From a virus: a stretch of DNA of 64,000 nt. Below the pieces are notes generated by a model that saw only the letters and a list, made by a program, of their open reading frames with translations, had not been told where the DNA came from and did no database searches. Both the position numbers and the translations under genes were made by a program. The stretch covers positions 36,325 to 100,324 of IMG/VR virus record IMGVR_UViG_3300025383_000015. One strand, written 5' to 3'. This document shows, one piece after another, positions 45,863 through 54,637 of this stretch; position 1 is the first letter of the stretch, and the number at the start of each line of letters is the position of its first letter.

Positions 45863-46049
45863 TTTTCTTATGCCAATCTTTAGTGGCTTTTACGCCTTGG
45901 TCGATGGTCTTGACTTTTCCTTTTGTCTTCTTGGTTAAGTCAATCTTGTCGTACTTGCCCTTGTTGCCTGCATGGTCAACAATGACATCGCCCTTTTTGT
46001 TCTTCTTAATTGTATGGCCTTCGCCTTTAATCTTAATGGTCTTAGCCAT
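45855..46049 (-). CDS. Lys-rich microprotein, 64 aa
   Basis: MAKTIKIKGEGHTIKKNKKG...; 8-nt overlaps with both neighbours. Confidence 0.8.
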   Translation of the reverse strand: MAKTIKIKGEGHTIKKNKKGDVIVDHAGNKGKYDKIDLTKKTKGKVKTIDQGVKATKDWHKKNG

Positions 46050-46239
46050 TCTTTTTCGCCCCCATAGGTGCAGTCATCTTAGCGTGCTTTTCTTTGAGTT
46101 TGGCCATCTCAGCCTCATGCTTTTTAGCAAGGGCTTCTACCTCTAACCTGTGAGATTCTGGCTGCTTACCTGCCATGGCTTTTAATCCACCTCCATTAGG
46201 GTAAATAAGTGGCGCTGGTTCTAGTTTGTGCAACGCCAC
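46042..46239 (-). CDS. Basic microprotein, 65 aa
   Basis: GTG start abutting the upstream stop. Confidence 0.7.
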   Translation of the reverse strand: MALHKLEPAPLIYPNGGGLKAMAGKQPESHRLEVEALAKKHEAEMAKLKEKHAKMTAPMGAKKNG

Positions 46240-46401
46240 TTACTTATTGATTTTTCTTGCTTCGCTGATGCCGATCGCCAAGGCTTGCTTTCGAGATGTA
46301 ACTACTGGTCCAGTCTTTGATCCAGAGTGCAAAGTTCCAGCCTTGTATTCAGCCATAACTTTTTCCACCTTGCCCTTATTAGGGGCAGCCTTCTTAGCCA
46401 T
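46240..46401 (-). CDS. DUF6496-like basic microprotein, 53 aa (not in the ORF track)
   Basis: MAKKAAPNKGKVEKVMAEYKAGTLHSGSKTGPVVTSRKQALAIGISEARKINK; GAAAGG RBS. Confidence 0.8.
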   Translation of the reverse strand: MAKKAAPNKGKVEKVMAEYKAGTLHSGSKTGPVVTSRKQALAIGISEARKINK

Positions 46402-46420
46402 GATCAGCCTTTCTGTTTAT

Positions 46421-46846
46421 TTATTCAGCGTCGTCTTCGTCGTCATCCTCGTCGTCTTCGTCATCGAAGTCGTCGAAGTCAAAATCGTCTTCATCATCTG
46501 AGGCATCAGCATCGTCTGCATCTGACTCATCTGCTGGTGCTGCATCTGCTGTTGCGTCTGCTGCTGGTGCATCGGCTGCAGGAGCAGTTGCATCTGCAGG
46601 TGCTGCATCGGTTACTGCAGGAGCGTCAGTTGTTACTGGTGCGGCTGCTGCTGAAGCATCAGTGGTTGTTGCATCTGCAGGTGCTGCATCGGTTGCTGCA
46701 GGAGCGTCAGTTGTTACTGGTGCGGCTGCTGCTGAAGCATCAGTGGTTGTTGCATCTGCTGGAGCAGTTGTTGCGTCTGTCGCAGTTGCATCCGCTGCTG
46801 GAGCGGCTGTTGTATCAACTGCAGGTGTTGTTGTGTCGTCTGACAT
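46421..46846 (-). CDS. Extremely acidic, disordered Ala/Thr/Asp-rich protein
   Basis: 141 aa with no K/R/H; C-terminal D/E tract with DFDFDDF; GAAAGG RBS. Confidence 0.8.
   Translation of the reverse strand: MSDDTTTPAVDTTAAPAADATATDATTAPADATTTDASAAAAPVTTDAPAATDAAPADATTTDASAAAAPVTTDAPAVTDAAPADATAPAADAPAADATADAAPADESDADDADASDDEDDFDFDDFDDEDDEDDDEDDAE
46587..46759. repeat. 81-bp tandem duplication within the acidic protein gene
   Basis: Units start at 46587 and 46668, with one mismatch seen; encodes a 27-aa repeat. Confidence 0.85.
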
Positions 46847-46857
46847 GTCACGCCTTT

Positions 46858-47391
46858 CTAGTTTGCATAGTCTTGGAATTGAGGGTAGTTGACCAACTCC
46901 TCAGGGTTAATCTGATTGCAGTCGATCTGTACCACACTATACCGTTCGGCGTACCGTCCAAGAGGGTTAACTTGCATAGGGCGAAATACAATTTGGTTAA
47001 ACACTACGTGGTCTTTGACATGGTTGGTTGGGTTGGCAATCATGTCTGGGAGCATACGATTGAGATCGGCCACGGCTACCACGATCTTAAATGTGTCCGT
47101 GGTGTAGAAGCCTCGCTCGTTAGGAGAAGAGTCGCCACGAACGTGTTGAGCCATAATGACAGGCATATCAAATGGGTCGTTCCAACGAACGCCATGTCCT
47201 GGAGTTTGGCTTGAGACGTCGTAGATAGGGTCTACCCACGTGTCTAAGTTAGAGGCCAAGGCGTTAGGGTCAAATGTCCACCATTGAACCGTCGTTCCTA
47301 CAGGAGAACGTAGTTCATCTACAATTCCCTCATCGTTAGAGGCAATTTCAAATGGGATTTTGAATCGTCCCTGTACCTGGGTTCCACGCAT
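46858..47391 (-). CDS. Putative head-closure/neck protein
   Basis: 177 aa beta-rich protein upstream of the neck/tail genes; function from synteny only. Confidence 0.5.
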   Translation of the reverse strand: MRGTQVQGRFKIPFEIASNDEGIVDELRSPVGTTVQWWTFDPNALASNLDTWVDPIYDVSSQTPGHGVRWNDPFDMPVIMAQHVRGDSSPNERGFYTTDTFKIVVAVADLNRMLPDMIANPTNHVKDHVVFNQIVFRPMQVNPLGRYAERYSVVQIDCNQINPEELVNYPQFQDYAN

Positions 47392-47444
47392 GGAACCTAT
47401 TATCCTTTATCTTACCCTGGAAAAAAGGATTTACTTGGGAGCCT

Positions 47445-48143
47445 TTAAATATACGTCTTCTTGTTCCAAAAGAATTTCTTATATCGATCAAATAAGACAC
47501 GGTTAAATTTACGCATATCAGCGTTGTATTTCTTTCGTTCTGCATCTCCCCCTAAAGAGGAAGACCAAGAATCACGCTTAAATGGAATAACCTGCAAAAA
47601 TGGTGTTCCAGCAGGAATCATTCCTTCAAAGTTAGGGTCACGTAATTTGAGAAACATATTAAATGGGATAGAAAAATCGTCAGTGTCTACAATTCCAGAC
47701 GCACAAACTATAGGAGAAGGCTCATGGTGTTGAGGCTCCATGACCATGATCGAATATCCTTTAGGTGTTTTGATAGACCAAGGTATGACGATTCTTACTG
47801 CGTAGTTAATATCTCGTGAGTACGGATGGTTTTGAAATTGCCCCATGCGTTGAAATGCAATTGCCTCATTATTGCCCCATTGAAAGTAAGGCCCATCAGA
47901 GGTTTGTCGCACGTAAATGTCATACGGAGTTTCCATGATGTATCCAGCCGTCATCATGTCCCACAGTGGCATGCAGCGTTTGATAGTGGCTGTAGGAGAT
48001 CCGTCTAGCATTGGTTCTTTTTTTCCACTAGCCGAGAGGTAAGACGCTGCTTCTTTATACCATTGAGGTATGTATTCAGTTGCTGGCTTAGGCTTCTCTA
48101 ATACGCCGTCTGGGTTGTGAGTGTCGGTAAAGATGATCTCCAT
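47445..48143 (-). CDS. Conserved hypothetical protein (DUF6065-like/dUTPase-like beta fold)
   Basis: PKPA..YIPQWYK, TIKRCMP..D....GY, PWSIKTPKGYS, GIVDTD, AGTPFLQVIPFKR. Confidence 0.6.
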   Translation of the reverse strand: MEIIFTDTHNPDGVLEKPKPATEYIPQWYKEAASYLSASGKKEPMLDGSPTATIKRCMPLWDMMTAGYIMETPYDIYVRQTSDGPYFQWGNNEAIAFQRMGQFQNHPYSRDINYAVRIVIPWSIKTPKGYSIMVMEPQHHEPSPIVCASGIVDTDDFSIPFNMFLKLRDPNFEGMIPAGTPFLQVIPFKRDSWSSSLGGDAERKKYNADMRKFNRVLFDRYKKFFWNKKTYI

Positions 48144-48199
48144 CTAATGCTCCTTAGTTAGGGCACCACTGTAGCATGGCTATGTACTCGAACGTGCAC

Positions 48200-48228
48200 T
48201 TGCTTTTGAAAATAGCAGTGTGTAGAGT
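48200..48228 (+). promoter_or_regulatory. Putative sigma70-type promoter in a divergent intergenic region
   Basis: TTGCTT-17 nt-TAGAGT upstream of the plus-strand gene. Confidence 0.45.
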
Positions 48229-48263
48229 CTGACTATATCAGCCTGTTGAGAGGATCTCCTTTT

Positions 48264-49004
48264 ATGGCAAAATTGCCACCACTCGTAGTCTATTGGGCTC
48301 CCGTCATTTCTTCTTCTGAAGACGGGGAGTGGAATATGCTTTATCCAGAACCTACTCGATTATGGGAATCTATAATGAAGGATAAAAACCCAGCAAGAGG
48401 TTCTACTACTTACACCTCATGCCCTGCGGCAGTTCACCAATTTAAAAATACATTTGTATTTAAAAACGCTTTAGAGTCAATATATTCATACGACTTCACA
48501 CAGCCTGGTGCTGAATACATGCAGCCAACGTCGTCAACTTACCTATCATGTGAGTTGACTAGGCCTCCTGCCGTTCTTACTGGGCCAACCATTGACTTTA
48601 AATTAAAGTACGTGTTTTTTGCTGAAGAGCCAGTCACCGCAACTTTTACCCCACCTATTTTTAGCAAACCAAAGTATTTTCAATACGCTTCTGTAGTGCC
48701 TGGCAAAATGGATATAGGAAGTTGGTTTAGGCCTTACACATTGGAGATGCAACTATGGGATAGTAAGGGAACCCTTACTTTAGAAGATGACGAACCTTTG
48801 TTCTACATAGATGTCAATACAGATCGAGAAGTCACACTAAAGAGGTTTAAAATGACTTCAAACCTTATTGCCATCATAGACCACTGCACAAAGTCTACTG
48901 ATTGGATGGGTAGAGGAACACCTTTGGTAGACCGTTACAGAAAGTTTAGAGCCTCTAGAACTAATGACCTTGTGCTACAGGAGATAAAGAATAACCTTCT
49001 TTAG
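48264..49004 (+). CDS. Conserved hypothetical protein, possibly remotely related to the divergent neighbour
   Basis: SCPA, VVPGKMDIGSWFRP, DEPLFYI; long plus-strand ORF with no competing minus-strand gene. Confidence 0.75.
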   Translation: MAKLPPLVVYWAPVISSSEDGEWNMLYPEPTRLWESIMKDKNPARGSTTYTSCPAAVHQFKNTFVFKNALESIYSYDFTQPGAEYMQPTSSTYLSCELTRPPAVLTGPTIDFKLKYVFFAEEPVTATFTPPIFSKPKYFQYASVVPGKMDIGSWFRPYTLEMQLWDSKGTLTLEDDEPLFYIDVNTDREVTLKRFKMTSNLIAIIDHCTKSTDWMGRGTPLVDRYRKFRASRTNDLVLQEIKNNLL

Positions 49005-49192
49005 TTGCTACTAGCAGAAGCAGTAGGGGCACCAAAAGTATTTGTAGTCGCGTCATAAGGGCCTCCGATGTACACCAGAGTTCCATCAGGATACTCTACA
49101 CATGTTTGACCTGTTACTTCTTGTGCGATATCTAGAGAGTCTGCAACAATGATGTTTGTTACAACTCCACTTTCAATTACTGCAAAGTTCAT
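49001..49192 (-). CDS. Small fibre-associated partner protein (triad 3)
   Basis: MNFAVIESGVVTNIIVA...IGGPYD...F. Confidence 0.7.
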   Translation of the reverse strand: MNFAVIESGVVTNIIVADSLDIAQEVTGQTCVEYPDGTLVYIGGPYDATTNTFGAPTASASSN

Positions 49193-49201
49193 TGTTTCTC
49201 C

Positions 49202-50104
49202 TTAGATTAGAACGTAAAGTACGCCCTGTGTACCAGCGCCACCTGCTGTGCTAACTTGGCCACCGCCGCCGCCAGCACCATAACCAGAAGCAGAACCACC
49301 GTTTCCAGTTCCACCTGTTCCAATGCCACTACCGCCTCCACTACCGTTACCACTTCCGCCTGAGCCTGTGGTTCCCACAGTTAAACATGGAAAAATTGAG
49401 TTTGAGTTAATAGTAGTTTTACCAACAGTACCGTTACCGCAGGCTCCAGTTACTCCATTTGGACTACCAGCACCACCGCCTCCGCCCCAACCGCACTGAT
49501 AACCTGCTCCACCGCCAGTACCTCCTGAAGCACTGAGGCCACCAAAAGTTGTGGTTCCACCAGATCCACCGCCGCCATTAGGGTACGTTCCACCGCTAGA
49601 GCCGTTGCCGATAACTAACGGCATTGACCCAGTTAGAGTCATTGCTCCGCCTGTTATTCCGCCAGATCCACCGCCACCTCCGCCGTAGAACGATCCGTGA
49701 CCGCCGCCGCCACCGCCGCCACCTCCAACAAGTACTACCCAGGCGTATCCAGTCTGCGTAATTGTTTGCGATGAAGTGTAAGTAGTTAAAGTGCCTGTTG
49801 TATTGGCAACACTTTGACCTGTCAGAGTGATATTAATCAACACAGAAGAGCCTGATGTTACGTAATACTTTTGGCTTGTTGTGGTTGTTCCAATGTTGAC
49901 TGTAGTTGTTCCACTTGAAAAAGAAATTGTAGACAATAGCGTAGATCCGCTAAAAAGAAGTAGAGAACCAGGCTGAGTGGTAACAATACTGTATGTTCCT
50001 GGAGTAAGTACTAATGCTGACTCGTATAAAGTGTTTGCTGAAGCAGCAGTTAGAGTTTGGGCAATTGTGTTTGCTCCACCTAAAGAAGAATAACTAAGAG
50101 CCAT
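49202..50104 (-). CDS. Glycine-rich (polyglycine) adhesin-like protein (triad 3)
   Basis: VVLVGGGGGG, repeated GGGGG runs, GYGAGGGG, G.QGVLYV end; start reassigned (TAATG). Confidence 0.78.
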   Translation of the reverse strand: MALSYSSLGGANTIAQTLTAASANTLYESALVLTPGTYSIVTTQPGSLLLFSGSTLLSTISFSSGTTTVNIGTTTTSQKYYVTSGSSVLINITLTGQSVANTTGTLTTYTSSQTITQTGYAWVVLVGGGGGGGGGHGSFYGGGGGGSGGITGGAMTLTGSMPLVIGNGSSGGTYPNGGGGSGGTTTFGGLSASGGTGGGAGYQCGWGGGGGAGSPNGVTGACGNGTVGKTTINSNSIFPCLTVGTTGSGGSGNGSGGGSGIGTGGTGNGGSASGYGAGGGGGQVSTAGGAGTQGVLYVLI

Positions 50105-50556
50105 TATGACACTCTCCATCCGTAGGACGCACCTACATAAACTAGAACTGCTCCTGCATAGTTTTTATCTATTGACAAGTTCTGAGATACACCATTGATG
50201 TTTGTTCCACCGTTGTTAACGGTAATATTATTAGTTGCCGCTGATCCTGTGGCGTCAAAAATATGAATTTCATTTCCTAGTGTAGGAGATGAAGGAAGAG
50301 TCAATGTGCGGGCTGCTGTTGTATCCACCATGTAGGCGTTAAATGCGGCCAAAGTAATATTTGATGAAACTGCAGTAGCAGGAAATTGGCCCGATGCTCC
50401 TGTGGTTCCTTGAGTACCGTTAGATCCAGCAGTACCCTGAACACCCTGAGTACCTTGAATAGCGGTACCCTGGGTACCTTGTACACCCTGAACACCTTGC
50501 AGACCAGCGCCTGCATAGATGTCCCACCCAGTGCCGTTCCATCTCTTTACTGACAT
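50104..50556 (-). CDS. Adaptor protein with short collagen segment and gp9/gp34-like domain (triad 3)
   Basis: VDTTAARTLTLPSSPTLGNEI..FD..GSAATNNITV...LVY....YGW. Confidence 0.7.
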   Translation of the reverse strand: MSVKRWNGTGWDIYAGAGLQGVQGVQGTQGTAIQGTQGVQGTAGSNGTQGTTGASGQFPATAVSSNITLAAFNAYMVDTTAARTLTLPSSPTLGNEIHIFDATGSAATNNITVNNGGTNINGVSQNLSIDKNYAGAVLVYVGASYGWRVS

Positions 50557-50594
50557 ATTGTTATTCTCTCAGTTCTTTGAATGTTTGGGGCGCT

Positions 50595-50903
50595 TTACTC
50601 TGCAGAAGGTACTGTGAATTCATCCTTAACTGGGTCGTAGATCATTCCTACGCCAGCAAAGCGACCACGAAACTTTCCATTGTATGAAGTTTGCTTCCAA
50701 GTTCCTTCAAAGCCAGACTCTGCTAGTACTGCTTGACCTAGCGCTTCTTGTTCTGGAAAGTCTGTATTTCCTGTATGTTCAGAGTGATACTCTTCTTGAT
50801 AATCCCAATGGTCTGGACCAATGCAGGAACCAATAGCGCAATTAGAGATCACTGTTACTTGTTCAACAATGTTATCTGAGTTTACTTTTGCAAAATGTGC
50901 CAT
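50595..50903 (-). CDS. Small fibre-associated partner protein (triad 2)
   Basis: MAHFAKV, WKQTSYNG.FRGRFAGVG..YD...DEF. Confidence 0.75.
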   Translation of the reverse strand: MAHFAKVNSDNIVEQVTVISNCAIGSCIGPDHWDYQEEYHSEHTGNTDFPEQEALGQAVLAESGFEGTWKQTSYNGKFRGRFAGVGMIYDPVKDEFTVPSAE

Positions 50904-50906
50904 GTT

Positions 50907-51755
50907 TTATCCAATCACCACTACAACGTATCCAGAACCGCCAGTGCCGCCTTGAGCGCCACCACCACCACCACCGCCGCCAGTATTAGCGGTAGCAGGA
51001 GAAGGAATTGAGCCGCCTGTGGCATTTCCAGCAGCCCCACCGCCATTACCTCCAGAGTTTCCAGTTCCACCAGTAACTGCACCACCACCACCGCCACCGC
51101 CTGCATAAAATACTGCTGAACCGCCTACTATTGTGTTTGACAATCCAACCCCGCCAACACCAGCAGTTGTTCCAGAATAGTTTCCTCCAACTGCTCCAGC
51201 GCCGCCACCGCCGCCTGAACCAGTACCAGATGCTCCACCAGTTCCGCCAGCATTTCCCTGATTTGTTATTCCAGAACCTGCTCCAATTCCACTTGCAGAA
51301 CCTCCTCCACCTGAACCACCAGTAGCGCCATCATCTCTACCAGCAGTCGCGGCGTTACCCTGAGCGCCACCTCCGCCACCAAGTGCAATAACATTTGCAA
51401 GAATTGAGGAACTGCCGTTTCTTTGATAAGGATAGCCAGAGTTACTACCGCCACCTCCAACAGTTACGGTTTGAGTTCCTGCGGCAAGATAAAAAGATGT
51501 GTTGTAAATATATCCACCAGCGCCGCCACCTCCTCCACCATAAGTTGAGTTTGTGCCATATCCGCCACCGCCACCGCCACCTACCATCAAGATTTCGCAA
51601 GTTCCACCAACACCAATGGTGATAGATCCAGAACCAGTAAACTTGTAAATAGTCTTACCAGCACGAGAAGTTGTATCAATGGTAGGAGAACCAGTGGTAG
51701 CGGTAACTGTTGCTTTACCGATTCCACCAGCAGATACGGGCGCAAAAAATGGCAT
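50907..51755 (-). CDS. Glycine-rich adhesin-like protein (triad 2)
   Basis: YKFTGSGS, MVGGGGGGG, ANTGGGGGG, GGSGYVVV. Confidence 0.8.
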   Translation of the reverse strand: MPFFAPVSAGGIGKATVTATTGSPTIDTTSRAGKTIYKFTGSGSITIGVGGTCEILMVGGGGGGGYGTNSTYGGGGGGAGGYIYNTSFYLAAGTQTVTVGGGGSNSGYPYQRNGSSSILANVIALGGGGGAQGNAATAGRDDGATGGSGGGGSASGIGAGSGITNQGNAGGTGGASGTGSGGGGGAGAVGGNYSGTTAGVGGVGLSNTIVGGSAVFYAGGGGGGGAVTGGTGNSGGNGGGAAGNATGGSIPSPATANTGGGGGGGGAQGGTGGSGYVVVVIG

Positions 51756-51770
51756 TAGATAGTCTCCAGA

Positions 51771-52292
51771 CTACGCATACTTAATTGGGCCAGCAGCAAA
51801 TACTGTGAATGCTGCAGAGCCAGTCTTAAGGACTGTAAATTGATAGATATCAACGGCAGATGCGTTACCTGCTGAAGGGGCAGTTCCACCTGACCACTTA
51901 ACAGTGACACCTGATGTAGTTCCATCTACTTGATATGCGTTTGCATAATAAGCAGTTGTATTTGTGATCAGGAGCGAGAATGTAATTGCTTGGCCTGTTG
52001 TCATTACTGAGTTAAGCGTTGTTCCAGAGGCCGCTGTAATGTTGAGTGTACCGTTGCTTGTTGATGCAGTTGTAAGGTAATGCACAGCGCCGTTTGTTTG
52101 TAGGTAGGCTGTGTATCCAGCAAATGCTGTTGAGTTAATGTACCAAGACTCTACAGGCCAGTTAAAAACGGCGCCGTTTAATGATGGAGAAGAAAGAGTA
52201 AGACCAGATACAGATGTGGTAGTAGAGCCCAAAGCAAGGGCTGTAGAACCAAGGGTAGTAGTACCGTAGGCGTTAGTTCTGGCTCTTGTCAT
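51771..52292 (-). CDS. Adaptor/fibre protein (triad 2)
   Basis: MTRARTNA start; VKWSGGTAPS...DIYQF C-terminal module. Confidence 0.7.
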   Translation of the reverse strand: MTRARTNAYGTTTLGSTALALGSTTTSVSGLTLSSPSLNGAVFNWPVESWYINSTAFAGYTAYLQTNGAVHYLTTASTSNGTLNITAASGTTLNSVMTTGQAITFSLLITNTTAYYANAYQVDGTTSGVTVKWSGGTAPSAGNASAVDIYQFTVLKTGSAAFTVFAAGPIKYA

Positions 52293-52303
52293 TTATGCTT
52301 CCT

Positions 52304-52615
52304 TTACTTAGCGGCTTCTTCAGCGGCAATACGCGCATCGTACATTGCTTGGTTTTCTCTAGAAACACCGATGCTGTACAAGTAATCAAGAGTAGGTGCT
52401 GTAAAACTCGTTCCATCCCATGTGGAGTACCGATGAGGAACTGATCCGTGATCGCAAAGGCAGACTACTGTATCTGATTGCTTATCAGCCTTTACTAGAT
52501 CAAGGATCTCTTGACCATGGTCATCTTCTTTAAAAGTAGCAATATCTGTTACCACTCCGTTTTTAATAAAAGCGTGAGGACAGTATTCAATGTGAGTAGT
52601 TGGATTACATGCCAT
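52304..52615 (-). CDS. Small fibre-associated partner protein (triad 1)
   Basis: HAFIKNGVVTDI...TWDGTSF..P. Confidence 0.7.
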   Translation of the reverse strand: MACNPTTHIEYCPHAFIKNGVVTDIATFKEDDHGQEILDLVKADKQSDTVVCLCDHGSVPHRYSTWDGTSFTAPTLDYLYSIGVSRENQAMYDARIAAEEAAK

Positions 52616-52626
52616 TTAAAATCTCC

Positions 52627-53406
52627 TTAAGACCAGTAAGTAACACGAGCGTAGCCAGTTCCACCACCACCGCCAGCAGAAGCGGCAGATGCACCTGTAC
52701 CTGCACCTCCACCACCACCAGAGCCTGTATTAGCGGTTGCAGTTCCACCAGCAGTTCCATATGGGCCACCAGCACCACCACCGCTAGAGCCAGGGCTTGC
52801 AAGGCCTTGGTAGCCAATACCGCCTCCACCACCGCCACCAAATCCATTAATTCCTATTCCGCCACCGCCCATCCAAGATGTTGCTGAGCCGTTGTATGTA
52901 GTGCCAGGACTTGCTAAAGGAATTCCTCCTGCGCCTCCTCCGCCTCCACCGCCTTGATACCAACCTTCTACACCTGAACCACCTTGAGAGCCTAAACCAG
53001 GAAACGCAGAGCCACCAGCACCGCCTCCTGAACCACCATTACCGCCAGTGACGTTGTTTCCTCCACCACCGTAACCTCCTCCGTATGCAGTTGCTAATGA
53101 ACCAAAAGTGGTATTTGATCCCGCACTTCCATTTGAAGAGGCCGCACCTCCAGAGCCGCCATTACCTACTGTTACAGCATAAGCCTGTCCAGGAGTTACG
53201 GAAATAGTTTTCCAAACTACTCCTCCTCCACCGCCTCCGCCTCCACCAACAGGGCCTGCGTAGTACCCACCTCCGCCACCTCCGCCTCCGCCTACCATAA
53301 ATACTTCAACAGTTTGGCAGTTAGAAGGTACGGTAAAAGTACCAGTAGATAAAAACTCCTGAACATACTGGGATTTTGATCCCAAAGAAGATAATGTGAC
53401 TGTCAT
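52627..53406 (-). CDS. Glycine-rich adhesin-like protein (triad 1)
   Basis: FLSTGTFTVP, MVGGGGGG, VTPGQAYAVTVG, ANTGSGGGG. Confidence 0.8.
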   Translation of the reverse strand: MTVTLSSLGSKSQYVQEFLSTGTFTVPSNCQTVEVFMVGGGGGGGGGYYAGPVGGGGGGGGGVVWKTISVTPGQAYAVTVGNGGSGGAASSNGSAGSNTTFGSLATAYGGGYGGGGNNVTGGNGGSGGGAGGSAFPGLGSQGGSGVEGWYQGGGGGGGAGGIPLASPGTTYNGSATSWMGGGGIGINGFGGGGGGGIGYQGLASPGSSGGGAGGPYGTAGGTATANTGSGGGGGAGTGASAASAGGGGGTGYARVTYWS

Positions 53407-54207
53407 TTAAGCGACCTTCCATCCATAAGTGGTGCCAGTAAAAACAAGAGTGGCAGAGCCATAGTTTACGTTAACTACAAAGTTTTGGTTAGAGCCTTGG
53501 ATGTAGTTATATCCAGTAGTTCCTGCTGGAGCAACTGTAATGTTGTTTGTAGCAGCGCTTCCCTTAGCATCAAATACGCGAATCTCATCACCTTGGTTAG
53601 GGGACGAAGGCAGTGTTAAGGTAAATGCTGCAGAAGTAGTATCACAGAAATACTGGTACCGAGTTGCTGCAGTAGTTGCCCCTGAGATTGCTGAAGATGT
53701 CCATGGGGAAGTTGAGATTGTTGCCCATGTAGCGGTTGTGCCGTTTGATTGAAGCAACTGTCCATTTGTTCCAATGCCCAAACGACTTACTGTACTAGCG
53801 CCTGTGCCGACGATTAAATCACCAGCAGTTGTTACTGTTGACAGTGGCAATGAGCCATTAACTAAGAAAGAAGTAAACCAAACAACCTCTACGATATCTC
53901 CTGCAGATAGCGCAGTGAGTCCTGTGATGGCTGTTCCTGAGGTAGCAACATAGTCTGTTCCACGAAGGAGTTTAGTTCCGTTGAGGAATACGCTTTCAGT
54001 TCCTACTGTGTAGGTGACTGATACAGATGTTTCTCCACCTGTTGCTGTGTATGAGAAGAAGGTCTGGTTAGGGGCAGATCCTGCGGTGTTGTCAATCCAA
54101 AGGTCACCAGTGGTTGGGTAAGACGGTGTGGTGTTACCTACGAATACGCGGGTACCAACGGCACCGTCAGTGACGATGTGTGTACCGACTGGGTTATTTT
54201 GGGCCAT
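53407..54207 (-). CDS. Adaptor/fibre protein with gp9/gp34-like C-terminal domain (triad 1)
   Basis: GDLWID, VFLNG.KL..GTDY, GDLIVG..RLGIG.NGQ, DTTSAAFTLTLP; start reassigned to MAQNNP. Confidence 0.72.
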   Translation of the reverse strand: MAQNNPVGTHIVTDGAVGTRVFVGNTTPSYPTTGDLWIDNTAGSAPNQTFFSYTATGGETSVSVTYTVGTESVFLNGTKLLRGTDYVATSGTAITGLTALSAGDIVEVVWFTSFLVNGSLPLSTVTTAGDLIVGTGASTVSRLGIGTNGQLLQSNGTTATWATISTSPWTSSAISGATTAATRYQYFCDTTSAAFTLTLPSSPNQGDEIRVFDAKGSAATNNITVAPAGTTGYNYIQGSNQNFVVNVNYGSATLVFTGTTYGWKVA

Positions 54208-54208
54208 C

Positions 54209-54547
54209 TTACTGGATCTGACTTCCGAATGCTGTTGCAGTAATGGCGTTGTTTGTGCCGCCTTGGACATACAAAGTATCGGCTGCTGTGCTGTACGCCA
54301 TTGTGATACCTAGAGTAAAGGTTTGGGTTGTGTACGCTGGGACTGTCATGTTGTAGACAAGGGCTGTAGCAGCAGTATTTGTTGTTCCTGCTTTGTTACA
54401 AAACACGCTGACTGTTGCCGCTGCGTTGGTTGTGTTGCAGAGCACGATGCTCGATACAACTGCAGAATATCCTGATGGTACGGCGTAGAGAAGAGTGGCA
54501 GATGTGCCTGCCTGCGCCTGTCCAAGTTGAAGGTAGGAAGTTGCCAA
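54209..54547 (-). CDS. Small beta-sandwich fibre adaptor protein
   Basis: MATSYLQLGQ...LYAVP...VVSSIVLCN...LGIT...AFGSQI; TTG start with AAGGAG RBS. Confidence 0.7.
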   Translation of the reverse strand: MATSYLQLGQAQAGTSATLLYAVPSGYSAVVSSIVLCNTTNAAATVSVFCNKAGTTNTAATALVYNMTVPAYTTQTFTLGITMAYSTAADTLYVQGGTNNAITATAFGSQIQ

Positions 54548-54637
54548 GATGACTCCTTTAGAAGGTGATAAAGAAAGGGTAGAGAATAAGGGTTAGTTTG
54601 TACTGTTAAACTCTAAAAGGGTAAATAGAGTGACCCC

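Noticed and set aside
46327-47214. 295-aa plus-strand ORF
   Set aside because: Antisense shadow of the low-complexity acidic gene and its neighbours, which have RBSs and coherent operon packing
254-47733. Numerous short plus-strand and out-of-frame ORFs in the track
   Set aside because: They lie within well-supported minus-strand genes and lack recognisable motifs
31340-54637. Conserved late-promoter motif (GTAAA...GA[AGT]AAT near 31370, 47400 and 50565; TTTCTTTATC near 44755 and 54570)
   Set aside because: Spacing is inconsistent and there are too few instances to support by eye; needs motif discovery on the whole genome
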